64,000 bases of DNA. Source: Clostridia bacterium. Its GTDB lineage: Bacteria; Bacillota; Clostridia; Christensenellales; Borkfalkiaceae. The translations under genes and the position numbers were made by a program. Under the pieces are notes generated by a model, which did not search any database, was not told the origin of the DNA, and saw nothing but the letters and a program-made list of their open reading frames with translations. The DNA is taken from positions 11,449-75,448 of the forward strand of contig JAGAEX010000031.1 in NCBI GenBank assembly GCA_017612915.1, written 5' to 3'. This document shows, piece after piece, positions 45,035-54,461 of this stretch. Position 1 is the first letter of the stretch. The number at the start of each line of letters is the position of its first letter.

Positions 45035-46513
45035 ATGGAAAAATACGATATTTACAGCGATATAGCGCATAGAACCGGTGGTGAAATATTTATCGGTGTC
45101 GTCGGTCCCGTAAGAACCGGTAAATCGACGTTTATCACTAAATTTACAGAGAATTTTATTTTGCCGAATATCAGCAATAAACTTCAACGACAGATTGCTA
45201 TCGACGAAATGCCGCAATCTGCGGACGGTAAATCGATTATGACGACACAGCCTAAATTTATTCCCGCAAACGGCGTAAAAGTGCATTTTAAGAATAAAGT
45301 TTCTGCTGAAGTCAGGCTTGTGGACTGCGTGGGATATTTTGTTGACGGTGCGACGGGCCACGAAGAAAACGGCAATCCGCGACTTGTTAAGACGCCGTGG
45401 AGCGACACCGAAATGACTTTTGAAAAAGCGGCGGAGTTCGGTACTGATAAAGTGATCGACGAGTATTCTACGATCGGTGTGGTTGTTACGACTGACGGCA
45501 GCTTCGGCGATATTCCGCGCGCGAGTTTTGTTGACGCCGAAGAAAAGGTGATCGCTAAATTGAATTCAAAAAATAAACCCTTTATCATAGTTTTAAATAG
45601 TGCGGATATAAATTCCGAAAAGGCTATAGAAACGAAAAACAAATTAGAAGAAAAACACGGCGTATCCGTTGCGCTCGTCAACGTTCAAAAAATGACCGCA
45701 GACGATATAAGCGCTATTATGGAAAAGATGCTTTTGGAGTTTCCTATGCAGTCTTTCAATCTTTCCCTTCCCAAATGGATGCAGACACTTGCGGCTGACA
45801 GTCCGCTGATTTCTCGGCTGTTATCGGAAACAAAGAAGGCGTCTGAAAATATTTGTAAAATGAAAGATTTTTCGGCAATGACCGAACTGTTTGACGACGA
45901 TGAAGAGTTTGAGCCGATAAGTCTGACGGAACTGAATTTGGGTAGCGGCGTCGGCGAATACTTCGTTTCGGTAAAAGACGGCGTGTTTTTTAAGGAACTT
46001 TCAAACGAGTGCGGGGAAAATATTTCCGACGATTACGGATTGTTTAAGTTTATCAAGGGATTTGCTTCGTCGAAACGCAAGTTTGCAAAAATAGAAAACG
46101 CCCTTAAAGACGCCGAAGAAAACGGTTACGGCGTGGCGCTACCGTCTTTTGACGAAATGAATCTTGAAGAGCCGATTCTTGTTAAGCAAGGCGGAAAATT
46201 CGGCGTCAAACTTAAAGCGTCCGCACCGAGTTTACATATCGTAAAGGTTGATGTTTCGACCGAAGTGTCGCCGATAGTCGGCACGGAAAAGCAAGGCGAA
46301 GACCTTATAAACTTTATTATGAATAAGTTTGAAGATAATCCGGCGGGTATTTGGGAGACGAATATGTTCGGTAAATCTTTGCACGACCTTGTAAAAGAGG
46401 GTATGGCGGGTAAAGTGAACGCTATGCCGAAAGATGCGCAGAATAAAATGCGCAGAACAATGACGCGCATAGTAAACGAGAATAAGGGCGGGCTTATTTG
46501 TATTCTTTTATGA
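45035..46513 (+). CDS. spoIVA: Stage IV sporulation protein A (spore coat basement-layer ATPase)
   Basis: 492 aa from the ATG at 45035, with SD GGGAGG. It begins MEKYDIYSDIAHRTGGEIFIGVVGPVRTGKSTFITKF and ends NENKGGLICILL. Both are characteristic of SpoIVA. Confidence 0.9.
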   Translation: MEKYDIYSDIAHRTGGEIFIGVVGPVRTGKSTFITKFTENFILPNISNKLQRQIAIDEMPQSADGKSIMTTQPKFIPANGVKVHFKNKVSAEVRLVDCVGYFVDGATGHEENGNPRLVKTPWSDTEMTFEKAAEFGTDKVIDEYSTIGVVVTTDGSFGDIPRASFVDAEEKVIAKLNSKNKPFIIVLNSADINSEKAIETKNKLEEKHGVSVALVNVQKMTADDISAIMEKMLLEFPMQSFNLSLPKWMQTLAADSPLISRLLSETKKASENICKMKDFSAMTELFDDDEEFEPISLTELNLGSGVGEYFVSVKDGVFFKELSNECGENISDDYGLFKFIKGFASSKRKFAKIENALKDAEENGYGVALPSFDEMNLEEPILVKQGGKFGVKLKASAPSLHIVKVDVSTEVSPIVGTEKQGEDLINFIMNKFEDNPAGIWETNMFGKSLHDLVKEGMAGKVNAMPKDAQNKMRRTMTRIVNENKGGLICILL

Positions 46514-46538
46514 TACGCTTTTTTCAAGTGCATTTTGC

Positions 46539-46567
46539 TTGACAGGACTATTTTATTGTGTTAAGCT
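46539..46567 (+). promoter_or_regulatory. Sigma-A promoter (TTGACA-17-TAAGCT, extended TGn) of the ArsR-family gene
   Basis: TTGACA at 46539-46544, a 17-nt spacer ending TGT, and TAAGCT at 46562-46567. Confidence 0.55.
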
Positions 46568-46571
46568 AAAC

Positions 46572-46587
46572 ATTAGCAAACGCTAAT
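46572..46587. promoter_or_regulatory. Inverted repeat ATTAGC-N4-GCTAAT, candidate ArsR/SmtB operator
   Basis: The 6-bp arms are perfect and lie 5 nt downstream of the -10 element, overlapping the expected transcription start. Confidence 0.45.
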
Positions 46588-46601
46588 ATAGGTTTTAAAA
46601 A

Positions 46602-46946
46602 ATGAAAAATTGTTTTACCGATAATCACGAAAAGATCAGACAAAAACTTGTGGAATCCGACAAATTTTTGAGCGGGGTAGAAGACGCGAGTAAGATTTTT
46701 TCTATGCTCGGCGAGCCTGTGAGAATGAAAATAATTCTCGCGCTTATGGAAGGCGAACTTTGCGTGTACCACATTTGCGAAATAACCGGCGGCAAACAAT
46801 CGGCCATCTCGCAGCATCTTCGCAAATTAAAGGACAGTAAAATAGTAAAAGCGCGAAAGGAAGCGAATCAGGTCTTGTATTCGATATGCGACGAGCATAT
46901 TTTGACGATCGTCAAAACGGCGTTAGAGCATACGAAATGTATTTGA
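46602..46946 (+). CDS. ArsR/SmtB-family metal-sensing transcriptional repressor (CadC/CzrA-like)
   Basis: 114 aa. It contains LGEPVRMKIILALMEGELCVYHICEITGGKQSAISQHLRKLK, a winged HTH with the ELCV motif. It sits upstream of a P1B ATPase. Confidence 0.85.
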   Translation: MKNCFTDNHEKIRQKLVESDKFLSGVEDASKIFSMLGEPVRMKIILALMEGELCVYHICEITGGKQSAISQHLRKLKDSKIVKARKEANQVLYSICDEHILTIVKTALEHTKCI

Positions 46947-46980
46947 TTTAGCGTTATCCTAACTATTATTTCTATTTTTT

Positions 46981-47012
46981 AAAAGGCAAAGTGCGGTTCA
47001 GTCTTGCCTTTT
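46981..47012 (+). terminator. Hairpin terminator between the ArsR-family gene and the ATPase
   Basis: AAAAGGCAA (46981-46989) pairs with TTGCCTTTT (47004-47012). Confidence 0.55.
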
Positions 47013-47074
47013 AAAAACGTTTAGTATATTAGTAAATTATAATATTATGTTATACTTGATTTTATAGGTGTTAT

Positions 47075-48919
47075 ATGGAAAAAGAGAGCGGTGAAAGGGT
47101 ATTTACGATAATAAAACTCGTTTTAAGCGGAATTTTGTTGGCTTTTGCGTATTTTTTAAATGTGCAATATTCGGTAAAAGTAGTTATTCTCGTTTCGGCG
47201 GCGATAATTTCAGGATACGGTATTGCACTTAAATCATTTAAAAATTTTGTAAGAGGAGAGTTTTTTGATGAAAACACTCTTATGCTTATTGCGGCGGTTA
47301 CCGCGTTTATCATCGGCGAAGGTGCTGAAGGTGTGGTCGTTGTGGTTTTATATGGTTTAGGTGAGATGCTTGAAGATTTCGCCGTAGATCGTTCCAAAGA
47401 AAAAATCGCAGGGCTTGCGAGTCTAAAATGCTTTAAGGCTAATTTAATGGTTGAAGATGGGATTAAAGAAGTTGAGCCGAGTCAGGTTGTAGTGGGTAGT
47501 TTGATTTTGGTCAGAAAGGGTGATAAGGTGCCGATAGACGGCGTTATCGTTAAAGGGAGCGCTGATTTTGATCTTAAAGCCTTGACGGGTGAAAGTAAGT
47601 TGTACGGGAGATCGGAAGGCGATAAAATTTACAGCGGAGCGATAAATCTCGGCGACGCGGTTGTTGTTAAAACGGAAAAACCGTACAAGGACAGTACGGT
47701 GGAAAAAATAATCGAAATGGTGGAAAATTCTGCCCAGCGCAAGGCTAAAAGTCAAAAATTCATCACTTCTTTTGCAAAAATATATACGCCGTGCGTGGTT
47801 GTGCTTGCCGTATTGCTTGCGATCGTTCCACCGTTGTTTGACGGAAACGATTTCGTTAAGTGGATATATAAGGCTTTGTCTTTTTTGATTGTATCCTGCC
47901 CGTGTGCTCTGGTAATTTCCGTACCGCTCTGTTTTTTTATGGGTATAGGCGCGCTTGCTAAACGCGGGATTTTGGTCAAGGGCGGTAATTATATAGACGC
48001 GCTTTCAATGGTCAAAGTTGCGGTTTTCGATAAAACCGGCACTTTGACGACGGGCGATTTTGTTGTAGGCGAAATAATTGCGTTTAACGGTTATTCCAAA
48101 AAAGAAATATTAAAGATAGCCGCATCAGTCGAGCAAGGTTCGTCTCATCCTATATCAAAAGCGTTAATCAGTGCTACGGTTAAAGATCTTTATCGTGTTG
48201 AAAACGTTAAAGAAATTTCCGGACAAGGAGTGTGTGGAGAGATAGATGGGACGAAATACGCGGTAGGGAATATCAAGACGTTAAATAGTGTTCAAGGCGT
48301 TCAGCGTTCGTCAAACGAAAACAACCTCGTTTATTTGTCAAGAGACGGTGTTTTAATAGGCGAGATAGAATTAAAAGATCAAATCAAAGAAGAGAGTAAA
48401 CGCCTTATTGACGATTTGCACCACCTTAAAGTTTACGAAACTGTAATTTTAAGCGGCGATAAGAAATCTGTCGTTGAAAGCGTGGCGACGATTATCGGCG
48501 CAGATAAAGTTTTTTCTGAATTGTTACCACGGGAAAAAACGAAAAAAATCGAAGAAATCGCTAAATGTGGCGGAAAGGGCAAAATTCTGTATTGTGGCGA
48601 CGGTATTAACGATGCGCCGTCGGTTGCCGCTGCTGATGTGGGAGTAGCGATGGGTGCATTGGGCAGTGAGGTGACTGTGGAGTGTGCGGATATGGTTATT
48701 TCAGACGATAATCTGCTTAAAATTCCATACGCAATAAAACGTGCAAAGATGATAAAACGCAAGGTTTTTATAAATATTACGACATCTATACTTGTAAAAG
48801 TCGCAATAATGGCGTTAAGCGTATTTACGCCTATGCCTATTTATATTGCAATGCTGGGCGACGTGGGGGTAATGATTCTTGCGGTATTAAATTCTTTGTC
48901 TATCGGCTTGTACAAATAA
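47075..48919 (+). CDS. Heavy-metal P1B-type ATPase (Zn/Cd/Pb-type TM signature) lacking an N-terminal HMA domain
   Basis: 614 aa. TM6 reads CPCALVISVP (CPCx4SxP). It also has DKTGTLT, SSHPIS, GDGINDAP and the TM8 motif GDVG. The protein starts directly with TM helices, with no GMxCxxC domain. Confidence 0.85.
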   Translation: MEKESGERVFTIIKLVLSGILLAFAYFLNVQYSVKVVILVSAAIISGYGIALKSFKNFVRGEFFDENTLMLIAAVTAFIIGEGAEGVVVVVLYGLGEMLEDFAVDRSKEKIAGLASLKCFKANLMVEDGIKEVEPSQVVVGSLILVRKGDKVPIDGVIVKGSADFDLKALTGESKLYGRSEGDKIYSGAINLGDAVVVKTEKPYKDSTVEKIIEMVENSAQRKAKSQKFITSFAKIYTPCVVVLAVLLAIVPPLFDGNDFVKWIYKALSFLIVSCPCALVISVPLCFFMGIGALAKRGILVKGGNYIDALSMVKVAVFDKTGTLTTGDFVVGEIIAFNGYSKKEILKIAASVEQGSSHPISKALISATVKDLYRVENVKEISGQGVCGEIDGTKYAVGNIKTLNSVQGVQRSSNENNLVYLSRDGVLIGEIELKDQIKEESKRLIDDLHHLKVYETVILSGDKKSVVESVATIIGADKVFSELLPREKTKKIEEIAKCGGKGKILYCGDGINDAPSVAAADVGVAMGALGSEVTVECADMVISDDNLLKIPYAIKRAKMIKRKVFINITTSILVKVAIMALSVFTPMPIYIAMLGDVGVMILAVLNSLSIGLYK

Positions 48920-48936
48920 ATGATCTTTTTAATAAC

Positions 48937-48972
48937 TAACGCCGTTCCCGCATTTTAGTGGGAACGGCGTTA
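48937..48972. terminator. Bidirectional terminator between convergent genes
   Basis: A 13-bp stem pairs TAACGCCGTTCCC (48937-48949) with GGGAACGGCGTTA (48960-48972). Confidence 0.8.
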
Positions 48973-48973
48973 C

Positions 48974-49786
48974 TTATTCGTTTTTATATTTAATTATTAA
49001 TTTTTCAAGCAAAGCGATTATTGTGTACATAAGCGTTGCAAGCGCGCATAGAACTACGGTAGATGCTAATACAAGGTCTAATTTGAATACTTGACCGCCG
49101 TACACGATAAGATATCCGAGCCCCGCGCGTGATACCAGATATTCGCCCATAATTGAGCCGATCCAGGCAAGCCCTACGTTGATTTTAAGCATACTTATTA
49201 AGGTCGGTATACTACACGGGATAACGAGTTTTGAGAGTATTTGAAACCTGTTTGCGCCGAAAGAACGTAAAAGCAAGATTTTATTTTTATCTACGGTCAA
49301 AAAACCGTTGAGCATTGTCATAACGGCAACTATTATTCCGATTATAAACGTCATAAAAATAATGGATTTTTCGCCGCTCCCAAACCAAATGATTATAATT
49401 GGTCCGAGCGCGATTTTCGGTAGGCTGTTTAAAACGACTATATACGGTTCTAAGACCTTTCTTGCTTTATCCGACCACCAAAGCGTTAAGGCGATAATAT
49501 ACCCGATTGCGGCCGCTAATATAAAGCCCACGAGAGTCTCGTATAAAGTAATTCCGATGTGGTAAAGAAAATTATCTTCAGCGAACAGGTTTCTGATCGT
49601 TCTGATAATTCTTGACGGGGAACTTGCGATAAACGGGTCGATAATTCCCGCATTTGCAAAGATTTCCCATCCGGCTATTAAAGCACAAAGTAGGGAAATC
49701 CGTAAAAAAATTACGGAAAATCTTTCTTTTTTTCTTTTATTCAAATATCTGATTCTTTCCTTTGAATGGGTTGTTGTCTTTTTCAT
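48974..49786 (-). CDS. ABC transporter permease (NitT/TauT, SsuC-like family)
   Basis: I prefer the start at ATG 49786 (MKKTTTH...). It has an ATGA overlap with the ATPase stop and GGAGAG 10 nt upstream (track ORF starts at 49804). It has six TM segments and a binding-protein-dependent permease loop. Confidence 0.8.
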   Translation of the reverse strand: MKKTTTHSKERIRYLNKRKKERFSVIFLRISLLCALIAGWEIFANAGIIDPFIASSPSRIIRTIRNLFAEDNFLYHIGITLYETLVGFILAAAIGYIIALTLWWSDKARKVLEPYIVVLNSLPKIALGPIIIIWFGSGEKSIIFMTFIIGIIVAVMTMLNGFLTVDKNKILLLRSFGANRFQILSKLVIPCSIPTLISMLKINVGLAWIGSIMGEYLVSRAGLGYLIVYGGQVFKLDLVLASTVVLCALATLMYTIIALLEKLIIKYKNE

Positions 49787-50538
49787 CAGTTTAATTCTCT
49801 CCATATTTTTTCAAACCAAATTCCAAAATCAGGGTTCTCGCGTTTTTTAATTGGCGACTCTCCTTCGATTTTTGGAATAAATATAGATTTTACCTGTGCC
49901 GGTCTTGCTGTTAGTACTACGATTATGTCTGACATAGATATTGCTTCGGATATATCGTGCGTTACCAAAACGGCGGTTTTAAGTTCGCTCTTTATGATTT
50001 TATATACGTCGTCGCAAACGGAAAGTCGCGTCTGTGAATCGAGCGCGGAGAATGGTTCGTCGAGTAAAAGCAATTCCGGATCAGATGCAAGAGTTCTTAT
50101 AAGCGCCGCTCTTTGACGCATCCCGCCGGACAATTCGTCGGGATAGTTGTTTTTGAATTCATATAATCCATATTTTTTTAGTAAATATAAGGCGTTTTCT
50201 TTTGCGGTTTTGCTTTTTATTCCTTTGATTTCGAGCGGTAAATACACGTTTTTTTCAATGTTGCGCCACGGAAATAATTCATCTTTTTGCAGCATATAGC
50301 CGAGATTTTCGCGTTTGATCGTGTTTTTTGCGCCGCTTAAACTTATTTCTCCCGAAGTGGGAGAAATAAGTCCTGCGATAAGTGATAAAACCGTTGTTTT
50401 TCCGCAACCCGAAGGTCCGATGATGGACATAAAATCGCCTTTATTACAGTAAAATGACAGGTTTTTAATTGCCGTTATCTCGTCGTTAGGCGTTTGATAA
50501 GTGAGCGATACGTCTTTTAATTCAAGTAGTTTTTCCAT
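49786..50538 (-). CDS. ABC transporter ATP-binding protein (NitT/TauT family)
   Basis: 250 aa. Walker A is GPSGCGKTT, the signature is LSGGMRQR, and Walker B is LLLLDEPFSALD. Confidence 0.9.
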   Translation of the reverse strand: MEKLLELKDVSLTYQTPNDEITAIKNLSFYCNKGDFMSIIGPSGCGKTTVLSLIAGLISPTSGEISLSGAKNTIKRENLGYMLQKDELFPWRNIEKNVYLPLEIKGIKSKTAKENALYLLKKYGLYEFKNNYPDELSGGMRQRAALIRTLASDPELLLLDEPFSALDSQTRLSVCDDVYKIIKSELKTAVLVTHDISEAISMSDIIVVLTARPAQVKSIFIPKIEGESPIKKRENPDFGIWFEKIWRELN

Positions 50539-50564
50539 TGTGTTTCCTGCCGTATTGTTTTATT

Positions 50565-51554
50565 CTATACGAATATTTCCTTTACAAACGAGTTGTTTAC
50601 GAGATTGTTAAATGGCACTTTTGCCGATAACTCGCCTGCGTTCATCATTATGTTCTGCAGTCTGTCGAAACTCTTTTCCGTTGCCGTCATATCTTTTTTC
50701 CAAGCGTCTATTTTTTTATAACTTTTAACGGATGCTTCAAGCGAAGTGATGGTCGTTGATGGGAATTGTTTTACTATGGATTCGGCGACTTCTTTTTCCG
50801 TATGATCGTTAAGGAATTCAAAGGCTTTTTTAAGTGCGCGTAAAAAGCCTTTTACGGTATCTTGATTTTTGCTTAAATAACTGTCGAGCGCGATAAAGGA
50901 AGTATAGGGGATCTCACCGCTTTGTTTACCGACGCTTGCAACTATATGCCATTTGCCTTCGCTTTGATATTCCGACGCGGTCGGCTCGAAAACCGTGCAG
51001 TAGTCAGCCGTGCCGCCTATAAACGCGCTTGTCATAAGATTAAATTGTACGTCAAAATTAAGCGTCAGGTCTTTACCGTTATAAAGCCCCAATTCGTTAA
51101 GCATATATTCAAAGGTCATAGCCGGGACGCCGCCTTTCCTGCCCGCTAAAATTTCCTTGCCTTTTAAGTCGGTCCATTTAAAGTCCGGTTCGTCGTTACG
51201 CGAAACAAGAAAGGAGCCGTCTCTTTGCGTTAATTGTCCGAATACTTTTGGAGCGTCTTTCTTGCCTTGATTGTAAACGTAAACGACAGTTTCGGGGCCC
51301 ATAAGCGCGATGTTTGCCGTGCCTGATAAAAGAGCGGTCATTGATTTATCCGCTCCGCCGCCGTTGGTAAGATTTACTTTGATATTTTCTTCTTCAAAAT
51401 ATCCGTTTTCTATCGCTATGTAAAGCGGGGCATAGAAAACCGAGTGGGTAACTTCGTTGAGTTCGATTTTTTTTACGCTTGGCTGCTCGTTGCAACCTGA
51501 AAAGGGACAAACAGCCATTGCGATTGCTAAAATTGTTAATAGGATTTTTTTCAT
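50565..51554 (-). CDS. ABC transporter substrate-binding lipoprotein (NMT1/THI5-like)
   Basis: 329 aa. It has a signal peptide with a lipobox (PFSGC). Its position in an operon with SsuB/C-like components suggests an NMT1-type SBP. The SD is GGAGAG. Confidence 0.75.
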   Translation of the reverse strand: MKKILLTILAIAMAVCPFSGCNEQPSVKKIELNEVTHSVFYAPLYIAIENGYFEEENIKVNLTNGGGADKSMTALLSGTANIALMGPETVVYVYNQGKKDAPKVFGQLTQRDGSFLVSRNDEPDFKWTDLKGKEILAGRKGGVPAMTFEYMLNELGLYNGKDLTLNFDVQFNLMTSAFIGGTADYCTVFEPTASEYQSEGKWHIVASVGKQSGEIPYTSFIALDSYLSKNQDTVKGFLRALKKAFEFLNDHTEKEVAESIVKQFPSTTITSLEASVKSYKKIDAWKKDMTATEKSFDRLQNIMMNAGELSAKVPFNNLVNNSFVKEIFV

Positions 51555-51629
51555 TTTTTTCTCTCCGGAAATTTTTTTATAATTTATTGTATGAAATTTA
51601 GATTATATTTGACACGCTCTCACTTTTAA

Positions 51630-51658
51630 TTGACAACCGTCCTTTTATACTGTATAAT
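51630..51658 (+). promoter_or_regulatory. Consensus sigma-A promoter (TTGACA-17-TATAAT) of valS
   Basis: TTGACA at 51630-51635, a 17-nt spacer, and TATAAT at 51653-51658. The valS ATG lies 32 nt downstream of the -10 element. Confidence 0.75.
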
Positions 51659-51689
51659 AAATCCGTTATCTAATAAGGAGAAAAATGTC

Positions 51690-54314
51690 ATGGAAATGGC
51701 AAAAACCTACAATCCGTCCGAATTTGAAAAAGAAATTTACGGGGATTGGGAAAAACAGGGCTGTTTCAAGGCGAAAGTTGACGCCGAAAAACTGCCTTTT
51801 ACTATCGTAATTCCGCCACCAAATATCACTGGGCAACTTCATATGGGGCACGCTTTGGACGAAACGCTCCAAGATACGCTTATAAGGTTTAAGCGTATGC
51901 AGGGGTATAGTGCATTGTGGTTGCCCGGAACAGACCACGCGTCTATCGCTACCGAGGTTAAGATCGTCGAGCAAATGGCTAAAGAAGGGCTTACGAAAAA
52001 AGATGTCGGCAGAGACGGGTTTTTAGAGCGCGCTTGGGCGTGGAAGGAAAAATTCGGCGGCAGGATCGTGGAACAGTTGAAACTGTTGGGCTCTTCGTGC
52101 GACTGGTCAAGACTTGCGTTTACTATGGACGAAAGATGCTCCCGTGCGGTAAAAGAAGTATTCGTAAATCTTTACGAAAAGGGCTTGATTTATAGGGGCG
52201 ACAGGATCATAAACTGGTGTCCTGACTGTAAGACCGCTCTTTCCGACGCGGAAGTGGAATACGTCGAAGAAGACAGCCATTTATGGTATATCCGTTATCA
52301 GATCAAGGGTACGGACGACTATATAACGGTTGCAACGTCCCGTCCGGAAACTATGTTCGGCGATACGGCGGTTGCGGTAAACCCAAAAGATAAACGTTAT
52401 AAGGGGTTAGAAGGCAAAACTCTCATCTTGCCTATCGTTAATAAAGAAATTCCCATCGTTTACGACGATTACGTAGAACTTGAATTCGGTACGGGCGCAG
52501 TCAAGATCACGCCTGCGCACGATCCGAACGACTTTGAAGTGGGTATTCGCCATAACCTTCCCGTCGTTAAGGTTTTAAACGACGACGGCACGATGAACGA
52601 AAACGCCGGGCATTATAACGGTATGACGGCGCTTTTATGCCGCGAAAAGGTCGTTGAAGAATTGAAAGAGATAGGTGCGTTCGTTAAGATAGAGCCGCTC
52701 CATCATAACGTAGGGCATTGTTACAGATGCCATCACACGGTAGAACCTATCGTTTCCAAGCAATGGTTCGTTAAAATGGAACCGCTTGCAGAACCCGCTA
52801 TCGAAGCGGTAAGAAAAAAGAGCATTAAATTTACGCCTGAAAGATTCTCTAAAATTTACTTTAACTGGATGGAAAACGTCAGGGATTGGTGTATTTCCCG
52901 TCAACTTTGGTGGGGACATAGAATTCCCGCATATTATTGCGATGATTGCGGAGAAATGACGATTTCTAAAGAAGACGTAAAAGTTTGCCACAAGTGCGGC
53001 GGCTCGCATATAAGACAGGACGAAGACGTTTTGGATACTTGGTTTTCGTCGGCACTTTGGCCTTTTTCTACGCTCGGCTATCCCGATATGACCGAAGATC
53101 TTAAATATTTTTACCCGACAGACGTTCTCGTTACGGGTTACGATATAATTTTCTTTTGGGTGGCGCGTATGATTTTCTCCGGGCTTGAACATATGAAACG
53201 CATACCGTTTAAGAACGTGCTTATTCACGGGCTTGTGCGAGACGCACAGGGCAGAAAGATGAGTAAGTCTTTGGGTAACGGCATAGATCCAACGGAAATC
53301 ATTGCAAAATACGGCGCGGATACATTAAGATTTTCGCTTATTAACGGCGTTGCGGCAGGCAGCGATATGAGATTTTCCGACGAAAAGTTGGAAGGCGCGC
53401 GCAACTTTATGAATAAGATATGGAACGCGTCGCGTTTCGTGCTTTTAAACGCCGAAGGGAAGAAGATAATCCCGATAAAAGAAGTAAAACTGACGGTTGC
53501 CGATAAGTGGATAATAACGCGACTCAACAAGACAATAAAAGACGTAACGGTCAATATGGAAAAATACGAGATGGGCGTTGCGCTCGCTAATCTTTATGAT
53601 TTCGTTTGGAGCGATTTCTGTGATTGGTATATAGAGTTTACGAAGCCCGTTCTGTACGGCGAAGACGAGTTGAAGACTAACGAAACGGTCAGTGTGCTTA
53701 TTTACGTTTTGGATAAGATTATAAAACTTTTACATCCGTTCTTGCCGTTTATTACCGAGCAGATATATAGGAATATGCCGAATTCCGACGGGTTTTTAAT
53801 GCTTAAAGAGTTCCCGAAATACGATACCAAGCAAAATTATTCGGTTGCCGTAAGCGAAATAGAAACGGTAAAAGAGATAATCAAAACAGTAAGGAACGTT
53901 AAAGCGAAAACGGGCGCCGCGCCGTCTAAAAAGATAACGCTTTACGTTTCGACCGAAAAGCAAGCGGCAGTAAAGGTCGGAACTTCGTACATAAAGAAAC
54001 TTGCGGGCGTTTCGGAAGTCAAATTTATCAACGATAAATCGGAACTTGCCGAAAAAATAATTTCGCAGGTCATAGATAAAGCGGAACTGTTTATACCGCT
54101 CGGTGAACTCGTTGACTTCGATAAAGAAATAGAGCGTATTAAAAAAGAACTTGAAAACGTGGAAAACGAGATAGCTCGTGCAAGCGGCAAACTCGCGAAC
54201 AAAGGCTTTTTGGATAAAGCGCCCAAAGCGCTTGTTGACGCGGAAAGGGCAAAGTACGATAAATTTATTGATATGCGCGAAAAATTGACCAAACAACTCA
54301 AAGATTTAAGTTAA
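51690..54314 (+). CDS. valS: Valine--tRNA ligase
   Basis: 874 aa from the ATG at 51690, with AAGGAG 9 nt upstream. The track ORF's 5' extension runs through the promoter. It contains [15 protein letters not shown] (HIGH) and KMSKSLGN, and has a C-terminal coiled coil. Confidence 0.95.
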   Translation: MEMAKTYNPSEFEKEIYGDWEKQGCFKAKVDAEKLPFTIVIPPPNITGQLHMGHALDETLQDTLIRFKRMQGYSALWLPGTDHASIATEVKIVEQMAKEGLTKKDVGRDGFLERAWAWKEKFGGRIVEQLKLLGSSCDWSRLAFTMDERCSRAVKEVFVNLYEKGLIYRGDRIINWCPDCKTALSDAEVEYVEEDSHLWYIRYQIKGTDDYITVATSRPETMFGDTAVAVNPKDKRYKGLEGKTLILPIVNKEIPIVYDDYVELEFGTGAVKITPAHDPNDFEVGIRHNLPVVKVLNDDGTMNENAGHYNGMTALLCREKVVEELKEIGAFVKIEPLHHNVGHCYRCHHTVEPIVSKQWFVKMEPLAEPAIEAVRKKSIKFTPERFSKIYFNWMENVRDWCISRQLWWGHRIPAYYCDDCGEMTISKEDVKVCHKCGGSHIRQDEDVLDTWFSSALWPFSTLGYPDMTEDLKYFYPTDVLVTGYDIIFFWVARMIFSGLEHMKRIPFKNVLIHGLVRDAQGRKMSKSLGNGIDPTEIIAKYGADTLRFSLINGVAAGSDMRFSDEKLEGARNFMNKIWNASRFVLLNAEGKKIIPIKEVKLTVADKWIITRLNKTIKDVTVNMEKYEMGVALANLYDFVWSDFCDWYIEFTKPVLYGEDELKTNETVSVLIYVLDKIIKLLHPFLPFITEQIYRNMPNSDGFLMLKEFPKYDTKQNYSVAVSEIETVKEIIKTVRNVKAKTGAAPSKKITLYVSTEKQAAVKVGTSYIKKLAGVSEVKFINDKSELAEKIISQVIDKAELFIPLGELVDFDKEIERIKKELENVENEIARASGKLANKGFLDKAPKALVDAERAKYDKFIDMREKLTKQLKDLS

Positions 54315-54326
54315 ATAAAAACGCTG

Positions 54327-54356
54327 AAAATCCCGACGAAAAGTCGGGATTTTTTC
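54327..54356 (+). terminator. Rho-independent terminator after valS
   Basis: AAAATCCCGAC (54327-54337) pairs with GTCGGGATTTT (54343-54353), continuing into a T-run. Confidence 0.85.
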
Positions 54357-54387
54357 TAAAATAATATATATAATACTTATTAGTAAA

Positions 54388-54416
54388 TTGACAACGCGCG
54401 CGTTTTGTGATATTTT
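54388..54416 (+). promoter_or_regulatory. Possible sigma-A promoter (TTGACA-17-TATTTT) of the pgi-glg operon
   Basis: TTGACA at 54388-54393 and TATTTT at 54411-54416. The 17-nt spacer contains the palindrome ACGCGCGCGT (54394-54403). Confidence 0.45.
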
Positions 54417-54461
54417 ATATGTTAGATAAATATTTTATTTAAAATAAAAAGGAGATAAACG

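Noticed and set aside
51630-51689. 5' extension of the valS ORF (track start 51630)
   Set aside because: The extension begins inside the -35 box of the consensus promoter. The ATG at 51690 has AAGGAG 9 nt upstream.
52635-53228. 197-aa minus-strand ORF inside valS (also 53225-53554, 53796-54296 and 53942-54301)
   Set aside because: All are antisense to valS, whose HIGH and KMSKS motifs and full length leave no doubt about the coding strand.
54388-54403. Possible CcpA cre site overlapping the pgi promoter (TGACAACGCGCGCG)
   Set aside because: It matches the cre consensus only in the left half and centre (TG-A-A-CG). The right half (T-N-W-C-A) is not matched.
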